Source: Octopus sinensis
Lineage: Eukaryota
NCBI RefSeq assembly: GCF_006345805.1
Contig: NC_043016.1
Coordinates: 31,992,001-32,056,000, forward strand
Direction of reading: 5' to 3'
Length of the DNA stretch: 64,000 nucleotides
This document shows positions 38,196 to 51,529 of this stretch, one piece after another. The translations under genes were made by a program, and so were the position numbers. Under the pieces are notes generated by a model. It saw only the letters and a list, made by a program, of their open reading frames with translations, was not told the origin of the DNA and ran no database searches. The stretch's first letter is position 1; each line of letters opens with the position of its first letter.

Positions 38196-39547
38196 GCATC
38201 TATTTTTAGTAGGCCATATATATTCATTTGCAGGGCTATCTTAGCTATATTATGACATTCCATCTCAGGAAAATCAAGATCTGAGCCTCAATAGTATTTA
38301 TTTCTGAACTGCAAATCACAACATACATAAATCAGAATTGGGCCCCTACACTCATGATGCCCTTAGGCAATACACTGCACTGGGCCCTACAGTATTTATT
38401 TATTGACAGCAAATCACAGCATACATAGATCAGAATTGGGCTCCAATATTCATGAGGTCCCTGAGCAAATCACTGCACTGAGCCCTATTGGTCGGCCCGA
38501 GGCTACAGTAGAGGAATCTTGCCCAAGGTGCCATGGAGTGGGACTGAACCCGGAACCATGTGGTTGGTAAGCAAGCTACTTACCACACAGCCACTCCTGC
38601 ACCTATGTAGCATATAACTATGTGTGTGCATGTGGTCACCCAGAAACCTCCAACAGAGAATCCTTGTAATGTTTCACCAGTTTTTATCATATCTCTAATC
38701 AATTGCATTTGCTAAAATGCAATTCCATTTGCTCCATTCTGTGTTGGAGAAACCCAGCATTTCTAAACATTTATGCAAATCTATTGTTACACAGCCCAGT
38801 GCATCTATGATAATGGGTACAAATGATATGATGTGTGTGTGTGTGTGTGTGTCTGTCTGTCTGTGTGTGTTCATCTCTTTTTCTTCTTAACTTAGAGTAA
38901 ATTCTGATCAGCCACCCAGTTGATATCAAGGTTGTAAAGGAAGGCAACTTGTTTTGTTCTTCATCCTTAAAATCAGTAGTTCCCAACCAATTTTTGCCAG
39001 TGGACTCCCACTGATTCCTATTTGGATCCTCATAGCCATTTGATGTTTGAAAAATGCTGTTGTTGTTTTTATAATTAAATATCATTAAAGATTATATTAT
39101 TAAAAAAATGTTTAAAATATTTGGCGTATTGTAGAAGCATAACCAGTATCGTTCATTTCCAGTATTCTGAAAGAATATCTCCAACCATGGGGAAATATTA
39201 ACCTTGCCTGGAAACAGGCGATGGTTGGTGATGGGAAGGGCATCATCATCGTTTAGTGTCTGCTTTCCATGCTGGCATAGGTTGGATGGTTCGACTGAGG
39301 TCTGGAGAGCCAGTGGCTGCACCAGGCTCCAGTCTGATCTGGCAGAGTTTCTAGAGTTGGATGCCCTTCCTAATGCCAACCACTCCAAGAGTGTAGTGGA
39401 TGCTTTTTACATGCCACCAGCACTGCATCCAATAAACTCAATCTGACCCATATAATCATGGAAAAGTGAATGCTGAAACAATGATGATGATGATGATCAT
39501 GATCATGATGATGGTGATGATGATGACAATGATAATGGTGGTGGAGG

Positions 39548-39580
<33 letters not shown>

Positions 39581-41524
39581 CAATGATGGTGATATTGATG
39601 ACGACAGTGGTGGTGATGATAATTATAACAATGGTGTGGTGGTGGTGGTGGTGGTGATGATGATGATGATGATGATGATGACCACACACACACACACATG
39701 CAACATGCTTCTCCTAACGCTACAAGTTCTGCTTTGCAAATGTTAGCAACTTGTCCTCCTGGAAAGCATGTTATTTGACTTAGGTTTGTTTCCACCATGT
39801 TCCCACCACCACCTCTCCCTTATACACACACTGACACCACTCCACCTCTACATTGTTTTTTTTTTTGCGAATGAATACACCCCCTGATCCTGCCTTTTTT
39901 TCCTTTTCTATTTTTTTTTTTTTATCTCTGTCGACAATTTCGTTTCTGACTATTCCAACAGACCTTATTTGAAAGTGTTACGATTCCGGAGCATTCCTTC
40001 TTCTTGCTTCCCTCAGCAATTTCTTCAAACATCTTTGTTTCTTTTCTTTTGTTAACATTCTTTTTGGCATAGTTCAGCAACCTCTTGGTGTTTGTCTGAA
40101 TCCAAGATAATTCCTAGTTATGCCAGAATAGCTGCTTTTGTGTTTTTTTCTTTCTGTGTATCCTGATATCTTTTTGAGCTGTTGCTATTTATTATGGTAC
40201 TTCCTTTCTCTATCTCTCTCTATGTATGTATGTATGTATGTATGTGTGTGTGTGTGTGTATGTGTGTGTGTGTGTGTGTGTGTATAAATGTATGTATATA
40301 CATATCTTCTCTTGCATTGTGTTTGATTCAGTAATAAGAATATTATTTGGATCATTTGCTTCTCTGGTAGCCTTCTCTATCAAATTAACTACTGCAATTT
40401 TTGTTGCAGATTTCTGAAAGTAGAACATTTTTGCTTCTTTCACAAGAGGTTGATTATATGCAATAGTGCAATAGTTTGGTGACATCTTGCGATTAGCCTA
40501 CCACCCATTTCCAAACTGTTGCAGTTTGTTTTGCTAATTTGATTTTTGCCATGCTTATATTATGCTGTGTGTGTAATCAAACACTGCTCTGGCTTAACCA
40601 AAGAACAGAATGTAAACATTTCTACTTTTCCCATGCCTCTCGTGTTCTTGTATTCCACTCTCAATGCTTTCCCATTCAGTTTAACACTTCCTCTTTGAAA
40701 TTTCCCAGATGCACAATAAAGGTAGGTTTCCATGAGCCAATAAGAGAGCCTCAATGTGGTCACATGATCACTTAACTAACATGATACAGTAATTCATTCC
40801 CCCAGTGAAATCATAACCTATTCTTTTAAAAACAGGAAATATATTGGATAATGGAGTCCCTATATATCTTTGTGTGTGTGTGTGTGTATGCACGTGCATA
40901 CACATACATATACACATACATATAGACATACACACACACATATATATATATATAAGCATATGTATATGTATGTGCGTGCACGTGTGTGTGTAATCTCGAA
41001 AACTGAATTATAAAACTTCAAATAACTGGGTTTTATTTCACTGTTTTAAACAAACAATTAGTTTAATTAATGATACATATTTATAATGAATTTCATGTAC
41101 TCAATAACATCAATCAGAAAAATAGGCCAAAATTTAAAGATACAGAAGGAGTCATTGTCAAAACAGGATTCGAAACTCACATGATGAAGAGAAACCAGAA
41201 CAGGGGGAGGTAATCAATTTTGTGTTTGAGCTGCACAATAATGACAGTGTATGTAGAGCTCAGTTGAAACAGTAACAACTAGAAGGACAGCAGGGTAGTA
41301 AATGTAAATCAGTATATCTCTCTATCTATCTATCTAAAATGTTGGGATTTTTGGTACTGTGCATGTGGTGGTAGTGGTGGGGTGTGGCATTCTGCTGTTT
41401 GTGTAACTTTCGATGCCAAAGTTTAGTACTAAGTCTATTTCGGATTTTCTAGAAGTATATCACTGCATATCTTTCCCGCCTTTGTTCTAGAGAGTAGAGT
41501 CTTAATCATTTCAGCCTCATATAT

Positions 41525-41931
41525 TCTTTTCTTTTATTCTTTTACTTGCTTCTGTCATTTGACTGCGACCATGCTGGAGCACCGCCTTTTTTAGTCGAGC
41601 AAATCAACCCCAGGACTTATTCCTTGTAAGCCTAGTACTTATTCTATCGGTCTCTTTTGCCGAACCGCTAGGTTACGGGGACGTAAACACACCAGCATCA
41701 GTCGTCAAGCGATGTTGGGGGGACAAACACAGACACACACACACACATATATATATATACATATATACGACGGGCTTCTTTCAGTTTCCGTCTACCAAAT
41801 CCACTCACAAGGCTTTGGTCAGCCCGAGGCTATAGTAGAAGACACTTGCTCAAAGTACCACGCAGTGCAACTGAACCCATGACCATGTGGTTGGTAAACA
41901 AGCTACTTACCACACAGCCACTCCTACGCCT
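41525..41931 (-). mobile_element. Major SINE, full length
   Basis: Complete reverse-complement match. Confidence 0.9.
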
Positions 41932-41949
41932 ATATATATATATATATAT

Positions 41950-42239
41950 ACATACATACGTTTGTATATACATACATACATACATACGTTTGTATATACA
42001 TACATATGTATGTATGTATGTATGTATGTATGAAGTATGTATGTATGTATGTATGTATGTATGTGTGTAAGTATGTATGTATGTAAGTATGTATGTATGT
42101 ATGTATGTATGTATGTATGTATGTATGTATGTATGTATGTATGTATGTATGTATGTATGTATGTATGTATGTATGTATGTATGTATGTATGTATGTATGT
42201 ATGTATGTATGTATGTATGTCTGTATGTATGTATGTATG

Positions 42240-42273
<34 letters not shown>

Positions 42274-42290
42274 TGTACGTACGTATAAGT
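41950..42290. repeat. (TATG)n microsatellite
   Basis: Direct inspection. Confidence 0.98.
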
Positions 42291-42499
42291 AGCAAACAGT
42301 TATGGAATACCTATTTCAGGATTTGAAATTGAATCCACGGTTTCAAATAAGTCCTTGGCCAACTGTTCTCACTTTTTGTACTAAAGAATTAACAAGAAAA
42401 GCTGACCTCTTCGACCTTTTTGAGTTATTCATGGGTCAAATCTGACATAGAGAATGAATCCTTTTGTTTTAGCTTGACCTAATTTAATTATGAAGAATA

Positions 42500-42783
42500 C
42501 TAGCAGTATCGCCCGGCGTTGCTCGGGTTTGTAAGGGAAATAACTATATAAACATTTTTAGAGAGTTATAGCCAAAAAATAGCGAAAAAATGCATCAAAA
42601 TGGAAAAAAATGATGGTAAATTATTTTTTAAATCGTAGACGCGCGCTAATACCCAGAAGGGCTCGATATGAATCACGACTATAAGACACCCGCTTTTGGT
42701 TACACTGCACTGCAAAATGTGGGAGTAGTTAGGAATCTAAATCGTAGGAGACAGACACACAACTTCACTTTTATATATAAAGA
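42500..42783 (-). mobile_element. Non-autonomous Helitron-like element
   Basis: The - strand starts A|TCTTTATATATAAAA and ends with hairpin CCCGAGCAACGCCGGG + CTAG|T. AT target, no TSD. Confidence 0.75.
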
Positions 42784-43222
42784 TATATGCATGAAGCCAA
42801 ATAACTTTCTTAACTTTTGTTTTTGGTGAGTGTGGGGAGGCGGTGGGGGGAATCGACCTGTCTTTGGTCAAAGAGTAACTCCTTCGGTACGCTGATCAAC
42901 CCACAGCGCAACAAAACCAATGGTACAAAAGAAGTAGAGACAACCAGAAACCAACTACACTTCAGGTTTTCTTTCCTTCTCTTAGAAGGAAGATCTAACT
43001 ACAACTAAGGGCCTTTCGCTCCCAGTCGGTCACGTGCTAGTTAACCCATAGCTGGGACCCTAACAGGAACTACTAGTAAGGGTCAGAATAGATCTCGGAA
43101 GAATAGTGGCTAAGATTGGGGTTCCACTCTGCTCAAACGCCCGGAACTCTCACAACCACAGCCTCACTACAAATGAAGCTTAAACTCAAACCCAGGACAT
43201 ACATACACATTCACATATATAT

Positions 43223-43636
43223 ACTCTTTACTCTTTTACTTGTTTCAGTCATTTGACTGCGGCCATACTGGAGCAACGCCTTTAGTCAAGCAAATCGACC
43301 CCGGGACTTATTCTTTGTAAGCCCAGTACTTATTCTATCGGTCTCTTTTGCCGAACCGCTAAGTGACGGGGACGTAAACACACCAGCATCGGTTGTCAAG
43401 CAATGCTAGGGGAAGACAAACACAGACACACAAACATATACACACACATACATATATATATATACATATATACGACAGGCTTCTTTCAGTTTCCGTCTAC
43501 CAAATCCACTCACAAGGCTTTGGTCGGCCTGAGGCTATAGCAGAAGACACTTGCCCAAGATGCCACGCAGTGGGACTGAACCCGGAACCATGTGGTTGGT
43601 AAGCAAGCTACTTACCACACAGCCACTCCGCACCTA
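43223..43636 (-). mobile_element. Major SINE, full length
   Basis: Complete reverse-complement match. Confidence 0.9.
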
Positions 43637-43961
43637 TACTTATGAATGTATATACAACATACAGAAAATAACACTGCTAAGAACAGCATGCATCCTGTGT
43701 AGAGCACTTTAAATACAGTGAAAATAATAACACCAAAACAAACCACAGCACATACTCTAAGGCACACAGAGTTGCGCTTGGTAGGGCAGGGAAAGTATGT
43801 AATAAAAAAAATAAAATCATAACTCCTGATTAATAATAATAATAATAATAATGACAATAACAATAATAATGATAATAATAATAATGATAATAATAATAAT
43901 AATAATAACGATAATAATAATAATGATAATAATAATAACGATAATAATAATAACGATGATA

Positions 43962-44014
<53 letters not shown>

Positions 44015-44100
44015 AATAATAATATATAATAATAAGAATAATGATAATAATAATGATAATAATAATAATAATAATAATAACGATAATAATAACGATGATA

Positions 44101-44144
<44 letters not shown>

Positions 44145-44689
44145 AATAATATAATAATAATAATAAATAATAATAATTAGGAAGTGTTATCATGTACATT
44201 GTTTTGTCTTGGTATAAAAGATGGGCTACAGCAAATATTCTGCTCAATACCACAGATTTGCTTGTCAGTTGTTTGACCTTAACCAGTTGAGCATGTCCCT
44301 TAGTGGCTGACGATATGTGCATCTCTGATCACGAGCAGAAGTAGTGGGGGAGCATCATAACCATGTGTTGAGAGGGATTCTTTGGGGTTTGAATAGTTCA
44401 CCTCTGGAAACATGGGTGGTTCTTTCAACATCCTTAAACAACCCTTATTCAGGGACCTTTTGAGCGGGATGGGCTACTCAACCTGAAGAAAATTCTAACT
44501 GGGCCCCACCTGCAAGGTCATGTGCTGTTTATCTTGATATGAGATCACCATGTCGCGCACATATGGTTGTGATGCATGTGCCTGGTGTACCTTTATCAGA
44601 CGGGTAGTCATGATGGGTATATTGGGCTTCGTGTCACTTTGATGGCATGAACTGCTCTCTCACTCAATAATATAATAATTATAATAATA

Positions 44690-44908
44690 ATCCTTTCTAC
44701 TAAAGGCACAAGGCCTGAAATTTGGGGGAGTGTACTAGTTGATTACATCGACCCCCAGTGTTTCACTGGTATTTAATTTATCCATCCTGACAAGAAGAAA
44801 GGTAAAGTGAACTTGGCGGAATTTGAACTCAGACCATAGTGGCAGATGAAATACCACTAACTAAGCATTTGGTCCGACGTGCTAACGATTCTGCTAGCTT
44901 GCTGCCTT
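44690..44908 (-). mobile_element. Second SINE family (tRNA head, Nin/Deu-like central domain, AAT-associated)
   Basis: GAAAGGATGAAAGGCAAAGTCGACCTCGGCGGAATTTGAACTCAG motif. Other copies at ~33475, 45040, 46290, 46635, 47265, 49000, 51285 and 63420. Confidence 0.75.
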
Positions 44909-45003
<95 letters not shown>

Positions 45004-45249
45004 CAGTAGCAGCAGCAGCAGCAACAACAACAACAACAATAATGGTTTCAAATTTTGCCACAAGGGCAGCCATTTTGGGAGAGAGGATGTTTTGATTACA
45101 CCGACCCCAGTGTTTCACTGGTACTTAACTTATCAACCCTGAAAGGATGAAAGGCAAAGTCGACCTCAGCAAAATTTGAACTTAGAACATAGCAATAATA
45201 ACAACAACTGCAACAACAACAACAATAATAATATGATATATAGTTGATG

Positions 45250-45577
45250 CTGAGTACATCTCTGATCCATGAATAGTCAAGAAGGAAGGCAAAATAGCAC
45301 AGCTATGGAAAATGAAGATAGTGAAGAGAGTGCCAATTATTGTTGGTTCCTTGGAGACAATATTAAAAGGCTTCAAGATGAATATAAAGGAAACGGGGGG
45401 GGGTAGAATCCCCAGTAGAATTGTTACAAACGGTTTGCCTCCCTGGTACAGCCAGAATCACCAGGAAAGTATTAGATAGTTAAAAAGAGCAGATAGCATG
45501 GTACCGTAGGCTGCAGGTAGCAAGCCTGCTATGCATGCAAGACTCCAGGAGTCCCAACCTGAGTTAAAAAGAATAAA
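45250..45577 (+). pseudogene. R4/Dong-type non-LTR element 3' end (restriction-like endonuclease C-terminus + 3'UTR); second copy ~46845-47168
   Basis: IAQLWKMKIVKRVPIIVGSLETI...VELLQTVCLPGTARITRKVLDS*, then a short UTR running into (GAT)/(AAT)n. Confidence 0.75.
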
Positions 45578-45694
45578 TGATGATGATGATGATATAATGA
45601 TAATAATATAATAATAATAATAAGAATAATGATAATAATAATAATGATAATAATAATAATAATAATAATAACGATAATAATAATAACGATGATA

Positions 45695-45774
<80 letters not shown>

Positions 45775-46509
45775 TAGGAAGTGTTATCATGTACATTGTT
45801 TTGTCTTGGTATAAAAGATGGGCTACAGCAAATATTCTGCTCAATACCACAGATTTGCTTGTCAGTTGTTTGACCTTAACCAGTTGAGCATGTCCCTTAG
45901 TGGCTGACGATATGTGCATCTCTGATCACGAGCAGAAGTAGTGGGGGAGCATCATAACCATGTGTTGAGAGGGATTCTTTGGGGTTTGAATAGTTCACCT
46001 CTGGAAACATGGGTGGTTCTTTCAACATCCTTAAACAACCCTTATTCAGGGACCTTTTGAGCGGGATGGGCTACTCAACCTGAAGAAAATTCTAACTGGG
46101 CCCCACCTGCAAGGTCATGTGCTGTTTATCTTGATATGAGATCACCATGTCGCGCACATATGGTTGTGATGCATGTGCCTGGTGTACCTTTATCAGACGG
46201 GTAGTCATGATGGGTATATTGGGCTTCGTGTCACTTTGATGGCATGAACTGCTCTCTCACTCAATAATAATAATAATTATAATAATAATCCTTTCTACTA
46301 AAGGCACAAGGCCTGAAATTTTGGGGGAGTGTACTAGTTGATTACATCGACCCCCAGTGTTTCACTGGTATTTAATTTATCCATCCTGACAAGAAGAAAG
46401 GTAAAGTGAACTTGGCGGAATTTGAACTCAGACCATAGTGCAGATGAAATACCACTAACTAAGCATTTGGTCCGACGTGCTAACGATTCTGCTAGCTTGC
46501 TGCCTTAAC

Positions 46510-46542
<33 letters not shown>

Positions 46543-47193
46543 GCAGCAGCAGCAACACAACAACAACAACAGCAGCAGCAGCAGCAGCAACAACAACAGT
46601 AGCAGCAGCAGCAGCAACAACAACAACAACAATAATGGTTTCAAATTTTGCCACAAGGGCAGCCATTTTGGGAGAGAGGATGTTTTGATTACACCGACCC
46701 CAGTGTTTCACTGGTACTTAACTTATCAACCCTGAAAGGATGAAAGGCAAAGTCGACCTCAGCAAAATTTGAACTTAGAACATAGCAATAATAACAACAA
46801 CTGCAACAACAACAACAATAATAATATGATATATAGTTGATGCTGAGTACATCTCTGATCCATGAATAGTCAAGAAGGAAGGCAAAATAGCACAGCTATG
46901 GAAAATGAAGATAGTGAAGAGAGTGCCAATTATTGTTGGTTCCTTGGAGACAATATTAAAAGGCTTCAAGATGAATATAAAGGAAACGGGGGGGGTAGAA
47001 TCCCAGTAGAATTGTTACAAACGGTTTGCCTCCCTGGTACAGCCAGAATCACCAGGAAAGTATTAGATAGTTAAAAAGAGCAGATAGCATGGTACCGTAG
47101 GCTGCAGGTAGCAAGCCTGCTATGCATGCAAGACTCCAGGAGTCCCAACCTGAGTTAAAAAGAATAAAGATGATGATGATGATGATAATAATG

Positions 47194-47241
<48 letters not shown>

Positions 47242-47499
47242 GCAACAATAACAACAACAATAATAATCCTCTCTACTATAGGCACAAGGCCTGAATTTTG
47301 AGGGGAGGAGGACTGTCGATCAGTGGGGAGAAGGACTGACCCTCAGTACTTGACCCTGAAAGGATCAAAGTTAAAGTCAGCCTCAGCAGAATTTGAACTC
47401 AGAACATAGTGGCAGATGAAATAATGCTAAGCATTTCACCCAGTGTGCTAACAATTCTGCCAGCTCACACCACTGCCTTTCTCAAATTTTGGTAGAAGG

Positions 47500-48685
47500 C
47501 CAAATGTGTTTAAACAAGATTAACATAATGTAAAAAAATAAATCACCAATGTGTAATCCTCATTAGAGAGGAGACGTTTGATGAAAAAACCACATAAAAA
47601 CCATGGGTACCCTGACTTTTGGGGCAGGTGCTTTTCTTTCTTTCCTTTTCTCCAACTACAGGCGTATGCTCAGGGCAGGCTCATTCACTCACACCATTCT
47701 TGCCACTTTCGTCCACCTTTCAGCAAACAGGCTAGAAGACATCACTTCTCGCTCTACCCTTATTTTCCTTTTCAAGTGAAACTTGAAGTTGATCAAAAAG
47801 AAAAAGTGTTTGTCTTCAGGCCCTTTAGTCTCATCTACCATACAATCTCTTTTGCCATGACCACCAATCATATAAAGACAATCTGCCCTTCCTGATTAAA
47901 GGAAGGCAGTAGGGTGATTTTCACAATGGATTCAGTTGACAGCCAGATCTGTCCTGCACATGACAGCAGGTGTTCAACATAAACCCACAGGTCAGCAATG
48001 CTTGGACTCTGGACGAGTGCATGCAGGACCGTCTCATCATCCTGTGCACATCTCAGACATGCTTGACTGATGGCACTTCCATGCCTGTGTAGCTTATCTT
48101 GAACAGGGCAAAACTCCCTGGTAGCACTGCCAGGCCAGAGATTTTTGGAAGTTATCCATTGGTCCCAGGCCAAAAGCCCTCCAACGTTTTCTCAAGAAGG
48201 TTTTGCACTTTCCCTCCACTAATTCTCTATAGAAAGCTAAAGTAGATGTTCCACCTATCGCAGTGTCTGACTGGCTGAAGGCTGTAAGTGCACAAAGACA
48301 TTCCACTTTCCAAATGTGTTCTCTTGGTTTCTGTTAGACCCAGGACAGCAGCTCTGTTAAAGAGAGGAGCCAGGGAAATACATGTCTGGTGAATGATGAC
48401 CATATCTCTTCACTGTCAAGGAAGCACTGGGGATGTTATAGCCTTAGCGCATCATTAACCACAGCATGCCTAGGCCACCACACAGTAGATAGACTGCCTG
48501 ACCATCAAGACATGTCCTTTTCACATGAGGCAGAAGAGTATCTGCTCCAATGTAATTAGATGGTGACTGGACAAAGCATGATGGTCAAGTTGTAGTAGAT
48601 GACGGACGTGATGTACATGTTAGCCTCCTCTACCCAACCTTTCAGGGATAGCTTCCTCAAGGCCCATTTCTGGGTGAGAGTAGTC
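47500..48685 (-). pseudogene. Degenerate L1/Tx1-clade LINE 3' portion
   Basis: RKLSLKG; PVQDKLHRHG..SQACLRCAQDDETVLHAL (CCHC / zf-RVT type). Confidence 0.7.
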
Positions 48686-48810
48686 AGCTTTTAGTAATAA
48701 TAATAATAATAATAACAATAATAATAATGATGATGATGATGATGACAATAACAACAACAATAACAATATTTATACGATTGAGGTTACTCCTCCAAAAAGT
48801 AAAGAAACAA

Positions 48811-48912
48811 TAAAGAAAAGCGCAACTGTTATCAAGTGAACAATATTTCAATATCTTGTGTGTCTTCCACAGGTTCATATCGTTCATTTGATAACAGTTG
48901 CATTCTTCTTTA
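48811..48912. repeat. Imperfect hairpin with ~36-bp arms between AAT tracts
   Basis: TAAAGAAAAGCGCAACTGTTATCAAGTGAACAATAT / ATATCGTTCATTTGATAACAGTTGCATTCTTCTTTA. Confidence 0.85.
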
Positions 48913-48916
48913 CTGC

Positions 48917-48975
<59 letters not shown>

Positions 48976-49232
48976 TTAATAATAATAATAATAATAATAG
49001 CTTCAAATTTTGGTACAAGGCCAGCAAGGTTGGGACAGGAGTAAGGACAATTTTATCAACCCCAGTGCTCAACTGGTATTTATTTCATTGACCCTGAAAG
49101 AATGAAAAGCAAAGTTTCGCACCAATTTGAAGTCATAACATAAGGATAGGCGAAATACCACTAAGCATTTTGCCCAATGTGCTAACAATTCTGCCAGCTC
49201 AACGGTTTAATAATAATAATAATAATAATAAT

Positions 49233-49263
<31 letters not shown>

Positions 49264-49579
49264 TAATAGTAATAATAATAATAATGATTATAATAATAAT
49301 AATAGTAATAATAAAAACAACGCCCTCAGCCTAATGCAAACAAAACACACGCATGCACATAAACACACACACATAAACACACACCCATACAAACACAAAC
49401 ACACACACGATGTAATATTAGCCAGTTTTGAATCTTAAGTTTTAGAAAAAAAAAACCATAAAGAGGTCAGTATTAGTTGTATACAAGTAAGTTTCCAAGA
49501 AGTCCTTCACTGAAAACCTGAAACACCCATCAGCAATTATTAAAATCAGCCACACCTACTGTCAACAACAACAACAACA

Positions 49580-49640
<61 letters not shown>

Positions 49641-50119
49641 CAGTAATAGCAATGACACTGACACTCTCTTTTAATTTATGGGTACAACTGGTAAACAAAT
49701 ATTATTAACATGTGAGTATGTGCATGGATGTGTGTGTGTGTGTGTGTGTGCATACGCGTGTGCCTGTGTGTACACACACGTGTGTGTGTGTGTGTGTGTG
49801 TGTGTATGGAGCACTGGTTTTTGAATAAAGTTATCACTGAAAGACTTAATGGTAAAGCAAGAACAAAGATGTAATAAATAAGATATATGTGCACCAGGGG
49901 TCAGGCTATGTAGAACAATGACGAGATGTTTTTCTCTTTATTTAAACAAAAAACAAACAAAAAAAAAACCAAAGTATTATATATCAGGGTACCAAAATCT
50001 GGAAAAAAAAAATTATGGTATTCTATTAAAATTGGCAATATATATTCAGTTTCTTTGATTAACTGAATAACCTACTTGATGAATCAATTTGTAAAGTGGA
50101 TTTATATACATTAATATCT

Positions 50120-50523
50120 CAGGAGTGGCTGTGTGGTAAGTAGCTTGCTAACCAACCACATGGTTCTGGGTTCAGTTCCACTGCGTGGCATCTTGGGCAA
50201 GTGTCTTCTGCTATAGCCCCGGGCCGACCAATGCCTTGTGAGTGGATTTGGTAGACGGAAACTGAAAGAAGCCTGACGTATTATGTATATATATATAAGG
50301 TGTGTGTGTATATGTTTGTGTGTCTGTGTTTGTCCCCCTAGCATTGCTTGACAACCGATGCTGGTGTGTTTACGTCCCCGTCACTTAGCGGTTCAGCAAA
50401 AGAGACCGATAGAATAAGTACTGGGCTTACAAAGAATAAGTCCCGGGGTCGATTTGCTCGACTAAAGGCGGTGCTCCAGCATGCCGCAGTCAAATGACTG
50501 AAACAAGTAAAAGAGTAAAAGAG
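50120..50523 (+). mobile_element. Major SINE flanked by a ~140-bp direct repeat
   Basis: Flanks 49980-50119 and 50524-50662 differ by one substitution and one A in a homopolymer. Confidence 0.92.
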
Positions 50524-50675
50524 TATATCAGGGTACCAAAATCTGGAAAAAAAAATTATGGCATTCTATTAAAATTGGCAATATATATTCAGTTTCTTTG
50601 ATTAACTGAATAACCTACTTGATGAATCAATTTGTAAAGTGGATTTATATACATTAATATCTATCCTCTATACTC

Positions 50676-51270
50676 TTAACTCATTTGAATTTTAACTGGC
50701 CATATCTGGCCCAAATATTCTGCCTTATGTTTAAACTGACTAGATCCAGCCTCTCACACCTACCCTACAATGTCGTTCTAAAAGTAAAGAATCACATCCT
50801 TGAAATCTCAAAGCCATGAGATAATTAATGCTTGATTAATTCAAAACAATGAGAATCATCATCATCGTTTAACGTCCGTTCTCCATGCTAGCATGGGTTG
50901 GACGGTTCGACCGGGGATCTGGGAAGCCAGAAGGCTGCACCAGACTCCAGTCTTATCTGGCAGTGTTTCTACAGCTGGATGCCCTTCCTAACGCCAACCA
51001 CTCCGTGAGTGTAGTAGGCAAGCATTATATTTGACAGAATAATCTGAATATTAAAGGGTTAAACAAGCCATATCTAGCCCAGATATTCTACCTGTTTTAT
51101 GTTCAAACCAACCAGATTCAGACTCTCACACCTACCCTACAGTATCATTCTCAAAATAAATAATCATACCATTGAGATCTTGAAGCAATGATGTAGTGCA
51201 TGGTTGATTCAAAGCAATGTGAATAAAAAAGGATTACATTTGACAAAATAATCTGAATGCTAAAAGGTTA
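50676..51270 (+). mobile_element. Two tandem ~200-bp TTAA/piggyBac-like MITE units; the first is interrupted by an RTE-UTR piece (50856-51016, -)
   Basis: GCCATATCTGGCCCAAATATTCT...AATCTGAATATTAAAGGGTTAA occurs twice. Confidence 0.6.
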
Positions 51271-51529
51271 CACATATACATATACTTATTTCTTTATTAC
51301 CCACAAGGGGCTAAACATAGAGGGGACAAACAAGGACAGACATAGGTATTAAGTCGATTACATCGACCCCAGTGCGTAACTGGTACTTTAATTTATCGAC
51401 CCCGAAAGGATAAAAGGCAAAGTCGACCTCGGCGGAATTTGAACTCAGAACATAACGGCAGACGCAATACTGCAAAGCATTTCGCCCAGCGTGCTAACAT
51501 TTCTGCCAGCTCGCACATATACATATACT

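Larger units (their letters stand above)
43830..47170. repeat. Tandem duplication of a ~1.6-kb composite repeat unit
   Basis: TAATTAGGAAGTGTTATC at 44174 and 45771. Unit ends ...GAGTTAAAAAGAATAAA at 45577 and 47168. Copies are near-identical. Confidence 0.95.
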
